Positions 9,392-23,372 of a stretch of 64,000 nucleotides of DNA are shown here, piece after piece. The position numbers and the translations under genes were made by a program. Every line of letters begins with the position of its first letter. Position 1 is the stretch's first letter. The notes under the pieces are model-generated. The model saw only the letters and a program-made list of their open reading frames with translations. It did no database searches and had not been told where the DNA came from. The DNA is from Heptranchias perlo (taxonomy: Eukaryota), in NCBI RefSeq assembly GCF_035084215.1, contig NW_027139559.1, positions 7,440,001-7,504,000 of the forward strand, written 5' to 3'.

Positions 9392-9534
9392 GTCTTGATT
9401 TGTTTTAAAGATATTTTTTCACCCCCCCCCTCTCCCCCCACCTACTGTGTTGGAATTTCATTGGCCTGGCAACATGAAGGTATTAATGGACCAAAGCAGA
9501 GTTCACAGCATGACATTTATTAAGGATCTAATTA

Positions 9535-10815
9535 GGAAAATAGGAACCGAGGAACAGGAGTAGGCCATTTAGGCCCTCCAGCCTGTTCAGTCATTCAATG
9601 AAATCATGGCTGATCTGTGACCGAACCCCATACACTCGCCTTAGTCCCCAATCACTTAATCACTTTGGTTAACAAAAATCTATCAATCTTAGATTCAAAA
9701 TTAACAATTGGGCAATCATCAACTGCCGTTTGTGGAAGAGTGTTCCAATCTCCCACCACCCTTTGCATGTAGAAGAATTTCCTTTCTTCATTCCTGAAAG
9801 TCTAGTTTTTTATGTTATGTCCCCTAATCCTAGGCTCCCCAACCAGCGGACATAATTCCTCTTTATCTATCCTATCAAATCCCCTTAATATCTTGAAATC
9901 TTCGATCAAATCACCCCTTAATATTCTAAATTTCAGCTAATACATCCCTAGTTTGTGTAATCGCTCATCGAAATTTAACCCTTGGAGTCCAGGTATCATT
10001 CTAGTAATTCTACGCTGCACTCCCCCCTAGGCCAATATATCCTGCCTAAGGTGCGCTGCCCAGAACCGAACACATTACTTCAGGCGTGGTCTCACCAGAA
10101 CTATGTACAGCTGCATCATAACTTCTACCGCCTTGTATTCAATCCTCTAGATATGAGGGCCAGAATTCCATTAAACCTTTTGATTATTTCCTGTATTTTA
10201 ATGATCTCTGCACATGGACCCCTAAGTCTCTTTGGAGCTCCACTATTTCGAGCTTTTAACTATTTAGAAAGTACTCAGATCCATCCTTTTTCGTTCCAAC
10301 GTGGATGACCTCACAATTGTTTACAATGAAATCCATTTGCCACAGTTTTGCCCATTCACTTAATATATTAATATCTCTCTGTAATTTTGTGCTTCCATCT
10401 ATACTGCTATCTAGCCTATCTTTTGTTTCGTCGACAAATTTGGATATGTGGCTCTCTATCCCGACATCTGAGCCGTTAATAATTAAAGTGAATAGTTGAG
10501 GCCCCAACACAAATCCCTGTGGGACACCACGAGTTACATCCTGCCAATTTGAGTAGCTGCCCATCATCCCTACTGTCTGTCTCCTGCCCCTCAGAAAATT
10601 TCCGAACCAGGTCAACAATATTCCCTCAATTCCATGAGCTTCAACTTCAGCTAAGAGTCTCATATGAGGGATTTTATCGAATGCCTTCCGGAAGTCCATA
10701 TCAATAACTGTCATAGAGATATTCCCCTGTCCACTATTTTAGACAGCTCTTCAAAAAAATCAATCAGATTCCTCAGGCGTGAACTACACTTTACAACTCC
10801 ATGCTGGCTCTCTGA
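9535..10815 (-). mobile_element. CR1-like LINE, RT to 3' end, degenerate
   Basis: ORF 10256-10714: DFRKAFDKIPH...GVPQGFVLGPQLF...SKFVDETK. Confidence 0.9.
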
Positions 10816-11604
10816 TTATTACTGAGATCAACTCAGTCGGATATCTGATTGCTGATATCATGAGCATTAATTCCACCTGACATCAGAGCCTTGATTTTAG
10901 TATTGATGTCGTTGGGGAATCAGCATTTTGAGCACTGGGAAGCGTTTCTTCTGTTCGCTATTTTAGCACAAATTTTGATTAGTTTATTTTAAACGTGTGA
11001 CTCCCCAGTTACGAAGTAGAAAGAGGAATGTTACAGGAAGGCGTTTGCTCCGCTCATTTTCTTCAGTTCTAGTCTCAATCATTAACCACCTGTTGTGCTT
11101 GAGGGAGCCGCAACATCAAAGATCGGGTCTGCCCCGTGCTACATATAGACTGAGGTTTTCATATAACTTTGAAGAAGTAAAACTAGGAGGAGTCACTGAG
11201 TACAATGATACGACAGGCAGCAGTGTCAGATCACCATGTGTGGGGTGATTTACAGCTCGCTGAGTGAGAGACACAGCCGCTTGGATCTTGCTCAATAATC
11301 AGGGACAAAAGGATACTGCGTGAGCTCCTGGCCTCTGGTAGATACTTTGTAATTTTAGAATAAAGCGGGCAGGAGTTCCACAATTGGGCATCTTTAAACC
11401 GTGCTCCTCATTGAGCTGTCGTTATACTGTGACTGGTGCTGCCATTTGGAGCTGGTTTTGCCACTCTAATTTAATGTATTGACAATCTCACCCGCTGCAT
11501 TCATACATCCCAGAGGGCACTCTTCACATTAACCCCCAACATTGCACTGGCACTTTCACAACTAATGCAAAGCCCGAAACACTTCACACCACTGCGCATC
11601 TGAA

Positions 11605-12330
11605 TGTAATGAAGTATTCTGTTCCCTGGTTGGTTCCATGATGTATTGTTCTAACAAACTGTCTCGAATACATTCCATGAACTCATCCTCCAGACAACCT
11701 TTGCCAATTTGATTTGTCCAGTCTATATGAAGATTAAAGTCCCCCACGATTATTGCATTCCCTTTGTTTCAAGTTCCTCTTATTTCTTGATTAATCCTCT
11801 GTCAAACGTATAGCGACTATTAGTGGGCCTATAAACTATTCCCAACAATGTTTTCTGCCCCTTGTTATTTCATATTTCCACCCATACTGATTCAAATTCC
11901 CGATCTCCTCAGCCAAGATCCTTTCTCACCACTCTCCTTATGTCATTCTTTATTATCAGGGCTACACCCACCCCTCCGTTTCCATTCTGCCTGTCTTTTC
12001 GAAACGTCAAGTACACTGGAAAATTTTGTTCCCAACCCTGGACACCTTGCAACCACGTCTCTGTACTAGCTATTAGATCAAATCCATTTATCCCTTTTTG
12101 CGGCACTAATCCGTCTATCTTGTTACAAATGTTTCGTGTATTCAGATAAAGAGCCTTTAATTTTAAGATTTTACCATTTTCCCTGTTTTGACATTATTCG
12201 CTGTCGCGCTATTACCGTTAAACTCTCTATTCCTTCATGTCACACTCTGCTTATCTTTACCCAAATCACCACACTGCTCTATTGCCTTGACTTATCTAAT
12301 TAGATTTCTAAATTCCCCCTCACCTGACCC
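11605..12330 (-). mobile_element. CR1-like LINE endonuclease fragment
   Basis: TETWL...FRKDR..GGGVALII and MGDFNLHIDW APE motifs. Confidence 0.85.
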
Positions 12331-12439
12331 CTCCCCCCTTTTTCAACTCAATGTTTCCTTATTGTCTTGACTGAGCTGGTCTGTACAATTAATGAAGCAC
12401 GTTTCACTGCTAACACGTTTGTAGGATATTAACCTTACA

Positions 12440-15400
12440 TCAATGCCCAGAAAGGTTGTAATCCAGCAGACTGGGAGCAATACAGAAAAAAAAAACAAAA
12501 GGACACAAAGAAAATATTAAGATCTGGTTAAAAGTTATATGGAAAAACTTGCAAGTAATATAAAGGCTAATAGTAAATGATTTTATGAACATATTCAGAG
12601 TAAAAATGTGACTAAGGGAGATGTAAGCCATTAAAGATAGATGGAACTAATATTGTAATAGGTAACAAGTTAATGGCAGATTTATTAAACGAGCACTTTG
12701 TGTCCGTGTTCACAGTACAGGAAGAGAATAAAATATCAGTGATAGAAGGAAAACTAAAAAAAATCAAGAGGTGCATGTTATTATATTCAATATTGGTTTA
12801 AAAAAAAGGTATGCAGGAAATAATTGGATTTAGGACAGATAAATCACCTGGACCCGATAGTTCCAGCCCAGGGAATTATAATAAGTAGGTGAGGAAAATG
12901 CAGAAGCGTTAGTCATAATCTTTCAAAGCTCTCTTGGTTCGGTAATTGTGCAGATAGATTGGAAATTGCTGATGTCACTTCATTATTTCAGAGGGCTGAG
13001 AGAGAGAAACCAGGAAACTGCAAAGCTTGCAGTTTAACATCAGTTGTGAAGAAGTTACCAGAGTCTCTTATTAGGGATAGAATGAATGAGCACGTGAACA
13101 AATATCAGCCGTTCAGGGCGAACAAGCGTGGCTTTGTTGAGGGTAATTCCCATTTGGATAATCTGCATAATTTTTTTCATGCGGTCGCTAATCAAGTACA
13201 GTTGAGTTAAATGGACATTACAGCAAAGAAACAGGCCATTCGGCCCAACTGGTCTGTGCTGGTGCTTATTCTCCACATGAGCCTCCTCCCTCCCGAATTC
13301 ATCTAAGCTTTTCTGGATACCCTTCTATTCCATTACCGCTCATGTGCTTATCGAGCTTAACCTTAAATGCATCGATGCCTCAACTCCTCCTTGTGGTAGC
13401 GCGTTCCACATCCTTACCAGTCTTTAGGTAAATAAGTTTCTCCTGAATTCCCTATTGGATTTATTAACGACAATTTTACATTTATGTCTTCTCGTTTTGG
13501 ACTCCCCGACAAGAGTAAACATTTTCTACTGTTCAATTCTTTCAAACCCCATCATTATCTTAAAGACTTGTATCAGTTCACCCCTCAGCCTTTTTTCTGT
13601 CGAGATTCTGTTCAGCCTTTCCTGATAAGGATACCTGTTCAGTTCTTGTATAGTTCTTGCGAATCTTTTTTGCACCTTCTCCAATGCCTCTATATGCTTT
13701 TTATAATATGGAGACGAGAAATGTGCACAATGCTCCAAGTTCTAATCAAGGTTCGATACAAGTTTAACATAACGTCTCTGCTTTACAATTCTATCCCTCT
13801 CGAAATGAACCCTCGTGCTTTATTTGCCTTTTTATGGCCTTATTAAGTTGTGTCGCTACATTTAGCAATATGTGTATCTATACCCCGAGAACCCTTTGCT
13901 CCTCTACCCCATTTAAAACCTTACTGTCCAAGCAGTATGTGGCCTCCTTATTCTTCCTGCCAATATGCATCGCCTCACACTTATCAATATTGAAATTGAT
14001 TTGCCAATTACACACCATTTCGCGAGTTTATTAATGTCCTTTTGAATTTTGACGCATTCTTCATTTGTGTTATCCACAACCCCCCAATTTGATGTCGGCG
14101 GCAAATTTTGAAATTGTACTCCCGATTCCTGGATTCGAAGCATTAATTCAAATTGTGAACAACAGTCGTCCCAGTACTGATACCTGTGGAACACCACTTC
14201 CCACCGTTTGCCAGCCTGAGGGGTAAACATTAAACCCCTCTTCTATGTTTCCCGTTTTGTAGCCAACTTGCAATCCGTTCTGCTACCTGCCCCCTGACTC
14301 CACATGCTCTGACCTTAGCCATGAGTTTACAATGCGGTACCTCACCAGGGCATGTAATCAGATTGACAGGATCTGATAAGTGATGTGGCTCATGGATCTT
14401 TTCTGGGTCCTCAACGTTTCACCACCTTTATTAATGACTTGGATGAAGGAATAGGAGTTGTATATCCAAATCTGCAGATGACATTAATGATGAGGGACAG
14501 TAAGTTGTGTGGGTGAGAACAGAAAGTTACATGGCGACGACGACAGATTAATAAGTGGGCAAAACTATGGCAGGTGGATTTCAATGTTGGCGAGTGGGAG
14601 TTTACCAAGAAAGATAAATCGGAACATTTTCTAAATATTGAGAGATTAGGAACTGTAGAGGATCAAAGAGATTTGGGAATCCAAGTATACCAATCATTTA
14701 AACCTAGTAAACGGGTACAAAAATCAAGCAAAAGGCGAATGGAATATTGAACTTTATTACATAGAATTACATAGAATGTTCAGTTCAGAAACAAGCCATT
14801 CGACCCAATTGGTCTCGGCCGGTATTTATGCTCCACAAGAGCTTCCTTGCACCTTTCTTGATCTCACCCAATCAATATATTCCTGACTCCCTCATATCCT
14901 TATCGAGGTTCCCCTTAAATGCATCTATGCTGTTCACCTCAACCATTCCCGGTGGTAGCGAGTTCCACATTCTCACCACTGCTTGAGTAAGAACTTTCTC
15001 CCGAATTCCTTGTTGGATTTACTATTATATTTACGACCCCTAGTTTTAGACTCCACCACAAGTCGAGATGTTTTAGAGGACTAAGAAACACTGAAACGTC
15101 TGGTTAATAACTGTTATTAAATCAACTCATTCAGATAATAAATCACGAGCCATTAAACGCAGTGCATGTGAGATACCGGTGCCAATACTCACAGACCAAG
15201 GACTCCTTCAGGGTTGAAGGACCCCATGAGCTCCAGTTTGTTTTATCTACTGTATACTTTCTGCAGTATATTTCTTACCTTTTCTCATGGACGGTTCATG
15301 AGGCATTGTCTGGAATACTCCAGTCCTGACCTTATATAGCCATTGCAGAATGTGTACTAATATGTGGGCATATATTATAAAATCTTACTATGGTTATTCT

Positions 15401-17400
15401 ACCTGGTACACCTATACTTACATCACGGGTCTGTACAACTGAGGCGTAACTTGCTCCCCTCTGTATTCCAGCCTCCTTGAGAAATAGCCAAAACTCATCA
15501 ACCGTTTCGATTATTTCTTGTAACTCTCCCCCAGCATTTAATGATTGGTGTACTTGAACTCCCAAATCTCTATGCGCTTCTACAGTTCCCAGTTTCCCAC
15601 GATTTAGACAATTCTCCGATTTATCTTTCTTGTGTCCACTTGCTCACATTGAACTCCATCTGTCACAGTTTTTCCCACTCACTTATTCTACCTATGTCGC
15701 TTTTCAACGCCCTGCTCCCATCTGCACTACTTACTGTTCCTCCTAATTAGTGTCATCTGCAAACATGGATTTACACCTTTCTATTCCGTCACCCAAGGCA
15801 TTAATAACAATGGTGAAAAGTTGAAGCCAGAAACAGATAGATCATTGGAGAAGACCACATCTCAGATCCTGTCAATTCAAATACGTACCCTTTAGCCCCA
15901 CTCTCTGTCTCCGATCTCCCATCCAATTTCCAACCTGTGTCAAAGAGCTCCCTTCAATTCCGTACGCTCCCATTTTTTCTAATAATCTCCTGTGTGGAAC
16001 CTTATCGAACGCCTTCTGGAAGTCCAAACAGAAAATATCGATAGAAACTCCCACGTCTACCTTATTAGTGACCTCCTCATAAAATTCAACTTGATTAGGC
16101 CGACATGACTTACATTAACAAAGTCGTGCTGGCGCTCTCTGAACAGGTGATATTTGTTCACGTGCTCAGTCACCCTATCCCTAATGACAATCTGTAGTAA
16201 CTTCACTGGAGGCGAGCAATATTTACTCACTGCCGGGCGAAAGACGGGTTATAACGAATCGACAATCTGTTTTACACATGGCTCGGTTTTCTTCTCCATT
16301 TTTATCATCGATAAAACCTGGAGATGGGTAAGCCATTTTCTTGATGAGGGTAAGCAGCAGGTAGTAGTTTGGGGACTGATTTCGGGGTTAGAAGATTAGC
16401 GCAGTGCCCCAGGGATGGTCGTCAAGATTTCTACATTTCCTGAGTTTTATATGTGGCACCAATTCAAAATGTGATGTAAATTGGTCCAAATCACAGAAAA
16501 AAGAAGGGGTGTAGAGACTAATAGAAAAATCCGGTGAGTTACAGGAAAACCTCAATAATATTTTAATGTGGGCGGGACTACGACAGATGAAATATAATTC
16601 AGCTAATTAACATTGGAAGGAAAATGCAGAACATGCTTACTTGATGGTGCACAACTCAGTGAGGGAGAAGCTGAGAGAGATGGGGGTGGTCGGGGGCAGG
16701 TTTGTGTCTTCAGGGTCTGGGCCTACGGTATCACTAGTGGAATGAGGAAAATCAGGCGGAAAGAATCGTCCCTTGGTAAAGGAACCCGTCCGACATTCCT
16801 CCGACTAGAATAACAGTGTGTGATTCTCCCTACCTGATTTTCCTTTCTGCTCTGTACCCAGCCGATTGTTTCCAGCCATGTGCTAAAGCTGAACAATGGC
16901 CCATTGAAATATAGTAGAGAACAGAACCATATTGATGAAGGAAACCGAATGCTGGGCTACATTACCATCTCAGGAAGGCACAGTTCAAAGACTGTCACGT
17001 TGACTCTATATAGTGACCCGGTCAAGTCACGCCTTGGATACAGATTTCAGTTCGGGTTATTGGGGCGCAGCAGAATGGTCCAAGCCCTGGGAACGGTGCA
17101 AAGAAGGGCCACTGAGGTCATCTCTACTGTCAAGGGCCGGGTTATGAGCAAAGTCCAGTAAAGGGTGGATTATTTCGTCTTTAAAGGAGGCAGGTGCATT
17201 AGTGGACGCGGAAAGGTTAAACTGGAGCTCTACTTCAAGTTAAACCACGACTGCAGGTCAATGAGAAACAGGTGGAAACGGGTAAAAGGCAAGTTCAGGA
17301 CTGATGCAAGAAAGCACTTCTATCCACAAAGAATGACCACTCACGGGAATGGTCTTCCGGTGGGGCAGTGGAAGAAAAATCTTGAAATCATAAAACCGTC
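12440..17400. mobile_element. Cluster of degenerate CR1-like LINE fragments in both orientations
   Basis: RT/3' remnants: 12440-13200 (+), 13215-14350 (-), 14350-14760 (+), 14760-15065 (-), 15410-16205 (-), 16300-17400 (+); short unique islands between. Confidence 0.75.
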
Positions 17401-17578
17401 AGTTTGTATTTCTAAGGAAGGGTGGGTTAGGAGAGTCAAATTCCTGTCTCACTTATGTCTGAACTCTCTCTCACTGACATCAGCAATGTCATCACCAGCC
17501 CCAGTGGCAGCAACACTGACACACTCCGCAGGTGCCTGCTCAGTATTCTGTTCATATTGGCACTAATGCTAAACTTAC

Positions 17579-17821
17579 CGATGTTTACCACTATAATGAG
17601 GACAATCCCGTGCAACGATTACCCCTAAAAAACAGTGTTAATAACCATATCAATCCAAAGCAATATTGATGCAGAATGTTCCCCTCTTTTCTGCTTTCCG
17701 AACTCACCTTTCCTTAGAAATCCCAACTGCCTCTTGTATGATTTAAAGATTTTGCTAACTCTGGCTGCCCGCTCTGTGGAATTCCTAGTTCTTGGATGCC
17801 GAATCCAAATAATAATTTCTA
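17579..17821 (-). other. Two candidate small exons (17708-17821 and 17579-17624) of an unidentified transcript
   Basis: Four consensus splice sites, 83-nt intron, phase-compatible open frame; no recognised homology. Confidence 0.3.
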
Positions 17822-17904
17822 CTGTGTGAAGCAAGCAGAGAAACACGTGCAAGGAAATTCGGTCCCAATGGCTGAAGATAATTAGGAATAATGATTCACT
17901 GCCC

Positions 17905-20240
17905 AGTTGTACAATTCTAAAGGTGGTGCAGGAACAGAAAGACCTGGAGTTATGAGTTCTCAAATATTTGAAGGTGGCAGGACAGGTTGAGAAAGCAGTT
18001 AAAAAGCATAGGGAATCCTGTTTTTAATAAAAATACACGCATAGAGTACAAAATCAAACAGGTTATGCTGAGCCTTTACAAACTGGATTATTGTGCCCAA
18101 TTCTGGGCATCGCACTTTAGGATGGATGTGACGGCCTCAGAAAGCGTTCAGAAAAGATTTACTAGAATGTTCCCAGGGAGGAGGGACTTCAGTTACGTGG
18201 ATAGACTGGAGAAGCTGGAGTTGTTTTCATTAGACAAGAGAAGGTTGACACGAGATTTGATAGAAGTGTTTAAATTTAAGACCGGTTTAGATAAAGTAAA
18301 TACAGAGAAACTGTTCCCATTGGCAGAAGGGTCGGGAAACAGAGGAAAGAGATTTAAGGTGATTGGCAAAAGAAGCAAAGATGAAGTGAGGAAAAACTTC
18401 TTTACACAGCGAGTGGTTATGATATGGAATGAACTGCCTGAAAGAATGGTCGAGGCAGATTCAATCGCGACTTTCAAAAAGGAACTGGATAAATATTTGA
18501 AGAGAAAAAAATTGCAGGGCTCCAGGAAAAGAGCTGGCGATACTAACTGGATTGCTCTTACAAGGAGTCAGCACACGCTCGAAGGGCCGAATGGCCTCCT
18601 TCTGTGCTGTAACGATTCTATGATTTAGTTGTCTATGCAGTCTTCTTCTTTCTTTGCCCAACTGTAGACGTTAATATTTTGGTGAGATTTGCTGTATAAT
18701 TTGGTTTACATAGACTGTATTTGCCTCTGCTAGTTTGCTTATTTTTTCTGCCTCAGCAGCCAATTTGGCAACCTGCCAGCAGGTCAGTGTGGCCTGTCCA
18801 TGATAATCTCCATCCGCCATTATCAATGTTCCCGCTCAGTTTCTGTTTCCTGGTCACATGGCTTCCTTGTTTCCACAATATGCGTAATATTTTGGGTATC
18901 TAGCTCTGTCTCTGTTTACCCCGGTGTTATCCTATCCACAGCTACGGGAATCTCTAAACTTCAAGGAAGTTATGATGAACCTTTAATAAACACTAGTTCG
19001 GCCACAACAGGAGTATTGTGTCCAATTCTGGGGACCACACTTTAGGAAGGATGTCAAGGCCTAGGAGGAGGTGCAGAAAAGAATTACAAGAATGATTCCA
19101 TGGATGAGGGACTTCAGTTACTTGTATACACTGGAGAAGCTGGGTTGTTCACCTCAGAGCAGAGAAGGTTGATTGGATATTTCATTGCGGTGTTCAAAAT
19201 CATGTGAGGTCTCGACAGAGTCGATAAAGAGAAACTGATCCCATTGGTGGAAGGTTCGAAAACCAGCGGACACAGAATTAAGGTGATTTACAAAAGAAAC
19301 AAAGGCGACAGGAGGAAAAACTTCTTTACACAGCGAGTGGTTGTGATCTGGAACGCACTGCCTGAGTGGGTGGTGGAGGCAGATTCAATCGTGGTTTTCA
19401 AAAGGGAATTTGATAAGTACTTGAAGGGAAAACATTTGCAGGACTACGGGGAAAGGGCGGGGGATTGGGGCTCGCTGGATTGCTCTTGCAGAGAACAGGC
19501 GCGGGCACGACGAGCCGAACGGCCACCTTCTGTGCTCGAACCTTTCTATGATTTTATGAATCTAAGTTGCACTGAACACTTTTGATATCTGAATGTTCCT
19601 GCTTCAATTTAAATTAAGGAATGCAATTCCAACTGAATTACCACGTAGTCTCTTAACCGGAATGTTGAGATTTGAGCAATATAAACATCCACATGTTTCT
19701 TATGCAACAATGACGACATTTCAGGAAGTACTTCATTGGCTGTGAAGCACTTTGGGACATCATGAGGCCGTGAAAGGCGCTACAGAAATGCATGTTCCTT
19801 AGAATCATAGAAGTTTACAACATGGAAACAGGCCCTTCGGCCCAACATGTCCATGTCGCCCAGTTTATACCACTAAGCTAGTCCCAATTGCCTGCACTTG
19901 GCCCATATCCCTCTATACCCATCTTACCCATGTAACTGTCCAAATGCTTTTTAAAAGACAAAATTGTACCCGCCTCTACTACTGCCTCTGGCAGCTCGTT
20001 TCAGACACTCACCACCCATTGAGTGAAAAAATTGCCCCTCTGGACCCTTTTATATCTCCCCCCTCTCACCTTAAATCTATGTCCCCTCGTTATAGACTCC
20101 CCTACCTTTGGGAAAAGATTTTGACTATCTACCTTATCTATGCCCCTCATTATTTTATAGACTTCTATAAGATCACCTCCTACTCTCCAGGGACAAAAGT
20201 CCCAGTCTATCTAACCTCTCCCTATAAGTCAAACCATTCC
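17905..20240. mobile_element. Three CR1-like LINE 3' fragments (17905-18625 +, 18965-19560 +, 19800-20240 -) and a SINE tail (19700-19800)
   Basis: LDYCAQFW...VQKRFTRM...KNFFTQRVV..WN motifs; CR1 microsatellite tails. Confidence 0.85.
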
Positions 20241-20402
20241 TTCTTCTCCGGACAGTGAGGTTTATTTCTCCATTCACACATGTGCTAATACATTTATATT
20301 TTTATAATATAACACAATAAAACACATCAATCCATTAATAGTATCGATGTACGTTCAATCCTAATGGTTTTAATAAGTAAATACTGGCCAGTTCAGCCAA
20401 TT

Positions 20403-21544
20403 AATTTTGACGGCTTTCACCGCAACACACAGGCGGGGTTCGCCCCGATGCCACTTATAGCCTGAAGTTTTCGTATCGTAAGGGAACTAAAACAAGGAAC
20501 TGACTCGTTTGCTGTGTGTTATCGCCATTACCTCCCCACTTCCACATCATCAACTAATAATAATCTGTTCCGCGCATCAATCACCGTCCAGAACAACCTC
20601 CTCAACTTATTAAAATACAATCGGCTTGCGATGCACACGGAATAAGATTATGTCATTTATCTAAAGCTATTCTTGTCTCTCTCCTTATCACGAGGCTTAA
20701 AGTAAGTGGGCTTTAAGCTGTTTGGAAGATATACATTCCAAGTTATGGCTGAGACGGAGAGATCCGGGCCCAAATCCTACTGTTTCAGTTCTCTTACAAC
20801 TTTTCAACCAGAATTTGTTCTTAAAGCGAGTAGATGCTTAAGATCAAATAATTTCAGCGATAAGTTCGAATAGCCGTCTGTTCAACAGCTCGGTTATGCA
20901 ATTGCTTCGTGGAAAATGATTGATAAAACTGCATCATATATTTCGGAGCTAAATCGATTCGATGTTATTCAGCAAGTGTCGATAAGTGGATCGGTCAGTT
21001 TTATTGATGGGAAGCACAGACTGATCATTATTAAAATATTTATCACCTTGGAAAATAGGTCAAAGCATTGCAAACAAATCGCGCAGCAGAGTCACGACCC
21101 AACATTTGAAATGTTTCTCGGCACCAGTTCTTGTTTTATTCGGCTGTAGATCACAAGATACCGAGACGCTACAGATGAATGGTATGGGACCTGTGCTCAG
21201 TTATGGGCCATTGACCTGCATTCTGCGAGCTGCGTGCTGTTTTGCGGCAAAATAACAAGGATTTCGGCCTAAAGCTTAGATCCTAAATAAGGCTTTGTAC
21301 TTAACGACACATAGGTAAGGCCACATGAGGCCACAACTCCTGCTGTCTGTCCATTAACTGACCTCACTTCAGCTTAATCGATTAGTTTACAAATTGAATT
21401 AATAAATGGCGTTTTTAGGTGAGGCAACAATTGTGACAGACTTCTTAGTTCTGATTTCCTGCAGACATGAAAACATAAGTCATTATGTAAATTCGGGGCG
21501 AACCCGCCCGTGTTGAGCGGTTCAAACAGCTGCAACCAAAATTG
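20403..21544. mobile_element. Putative non-autonomous DNA transposon bounded by ~50-bp imperfect inverted repeats
   Basis: ...CACAGGCGGGGTTCGCCCCGA (ending 20448) vs TCGGGGCGAACCCGCCCGTG... (from 21493). Confidence 0.45.
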
Positions 21545-22014
21545 ATAGATTTAGTCATATTTCTTCTAAACCATGTAAACTTGGAGGGGGTGGATTGAGA
21601 TGATCAGGAAACAGCGAAAGGTGCAATATAATGATATCAAGGCTGAAATCTGCAGGAAGGTCCATATGGTTAATAATGGCAAAATCGACAAATGGACCAA
21701 ACAATATTGTGAGAGACTGAGGAGATAGTTCAGCGAATGTTGGTATGAATATCGGCAATGCTAGGAGCAGGGATGAATGGGATGCGCCAGGAAAAGTATG
21801 AATGGGATTAATCCTGATTCATATGGATTAAAGTCCTTGCTTTTATTGCATTGATCTCAGGGATAGATTAATGCTCTTTGATAGGGTTAAATTCTAAAGG
21901 GTATGAAAAACAATGCTTATTTCAGTGGTGATTGGTTTTGAGAATAATGCAAATGCCACTGGTTATGATATCAATGCTGTCAGGCATGTGCTAAACGTTA
22001 TTGAAAAGCGTCTA

Positions 22015-22470
22015 AGGAAAGATTTGCATTTATGTAGCGCTGTTCACGACTTCAGGGCGACCCAAAGCGCTTTCCAGTCAATTAAATACTTTTTTTCAAG
22101 TGTAGCCACTGTTGTAATGTAGGAAATGCGGCAGCTAATTGCGCAGAGCAAGATCCCACAAACAGCAATGTGATAATGACCAGGTCATCTGTTTTAGTGA
22201 TGCTGGTTGAGGGAAATATATTTGTCAGGAAACCGGAGGGAACTCCACTGCTCTTCTTCGAAATAATGCTTTGGGATCTTTGACGTCCAACTTAGAGGGC
22301 AGATGTTGCCTCGATTTAACATCATATTCGAAAGACGGCACCTCTGGCAGTGCAGCACTCCCTCAGTACTGCATGGTAGGGTGAGCCTGGGGATTTAGCT
22401 CAAGTCTGTGGAGTAGGAAGTAAACCCATGACCTTCTGCCCCAGGGGTGAGAGAGTCACGGCTGACACTT
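22015..22470 (-). mobile_element. Deu-domain SINE (SacSINE1/AmnSINE1-like)
   Basis: GACGGCACCTC..GTGCAGCACTCCCTCAGTACTGCA core, L2-like tail; further copies at ~58770-59090 and a fragment at ~23860-23930. Confidence 0.75.
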
Positions 22471-22924
22471 TGCTGCCAGTACTTGGTGTCGAGTGTTAAC
22501 AGTCAGTAATATCCACCATGGAGTCGCTGTTTGAAGAAATTGGCTTGCTTCCTTTGTGTACCGAGCTGTACTATGCAGGACTTTCACAAATGATCGATGC
22601 TTTAAAGGCTCATTGCCCGTTTCAAGTGTGGAAACATTATTAATGAACTGAGATATTTGTTTTCGACAACCAAATCATTGCAGGTGGCAGCGTACAGTGT
22701 TGTTTGAAAAGGACAAAATGTCCACTGGTACAGGGTCAGGAGAACTGAAATGACTACCTGGTAATAAACAGGTGAGAGTCACCGGGGAAGAGACACCTGA
22801 TTCAATAAATCGGCTGCTTATATTTCACAGCATGTCAGTGGAGTTGAGAATGAAGGAAATGTCATTCGGAGTGTTGGTGCTATTTTTGGCAGCGATATCA
22901 TTGTAATTCCTCTGCGCCCTGCGA

Positions 22925-23372
22925 GACATTGATCAGTTCCTGCCGCCGACCCAATCTGTCCCAATCACTCACATCCCACTTCACAGCATCAATTTACACA
23001 TCAGTACACTTCCGGCCCATCACCGAGCACCCTGCAGGACATTGACCAGGTCCTGCCGCTGACTAATCTGTTCCAGCCCCTCACATTCCCCCTTCCCACC
23101 AACCCTTAACACATCAGTACACTCCCGGCCCATCACCGAGCGCCCCGCAGGACATTGATCAGGTCCTGCCGCTGACTAATCTGTCCCAATCACTCACATT
23201 CCCCCTTCCCACCAACCCTTAACACATCAGTAGACTCCCGGCCCATCACCGAGCGCCCCGCAGGACATTGATCAGGTCCTGCCGCTGACTAATCTGTCCC
23301 AATCACTCACATCCCCCTTCCCAGCGACATCTAACACATCAGTGCACTCCCGGCCCATCACCGAGCGCCTCC
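22925..23372. repeat. 113-bp tandem repeat x4
   Basis: GACATTGATCAGGTCCTGCCGCTGACTAATCTG... recurs at 22925, 23038, 23151, 23264. Confidence 0.9.

Noticed and set aside
8925-9523. Repetitive ORFs, and CRISPR-like appearance of this and other arrays (33780-36810, 37811-38173)
   Set aside because: Units are head-to-tail with no unique spacers, no cas genes, vertebrate context; ORFs are by-products of a 3n repeat
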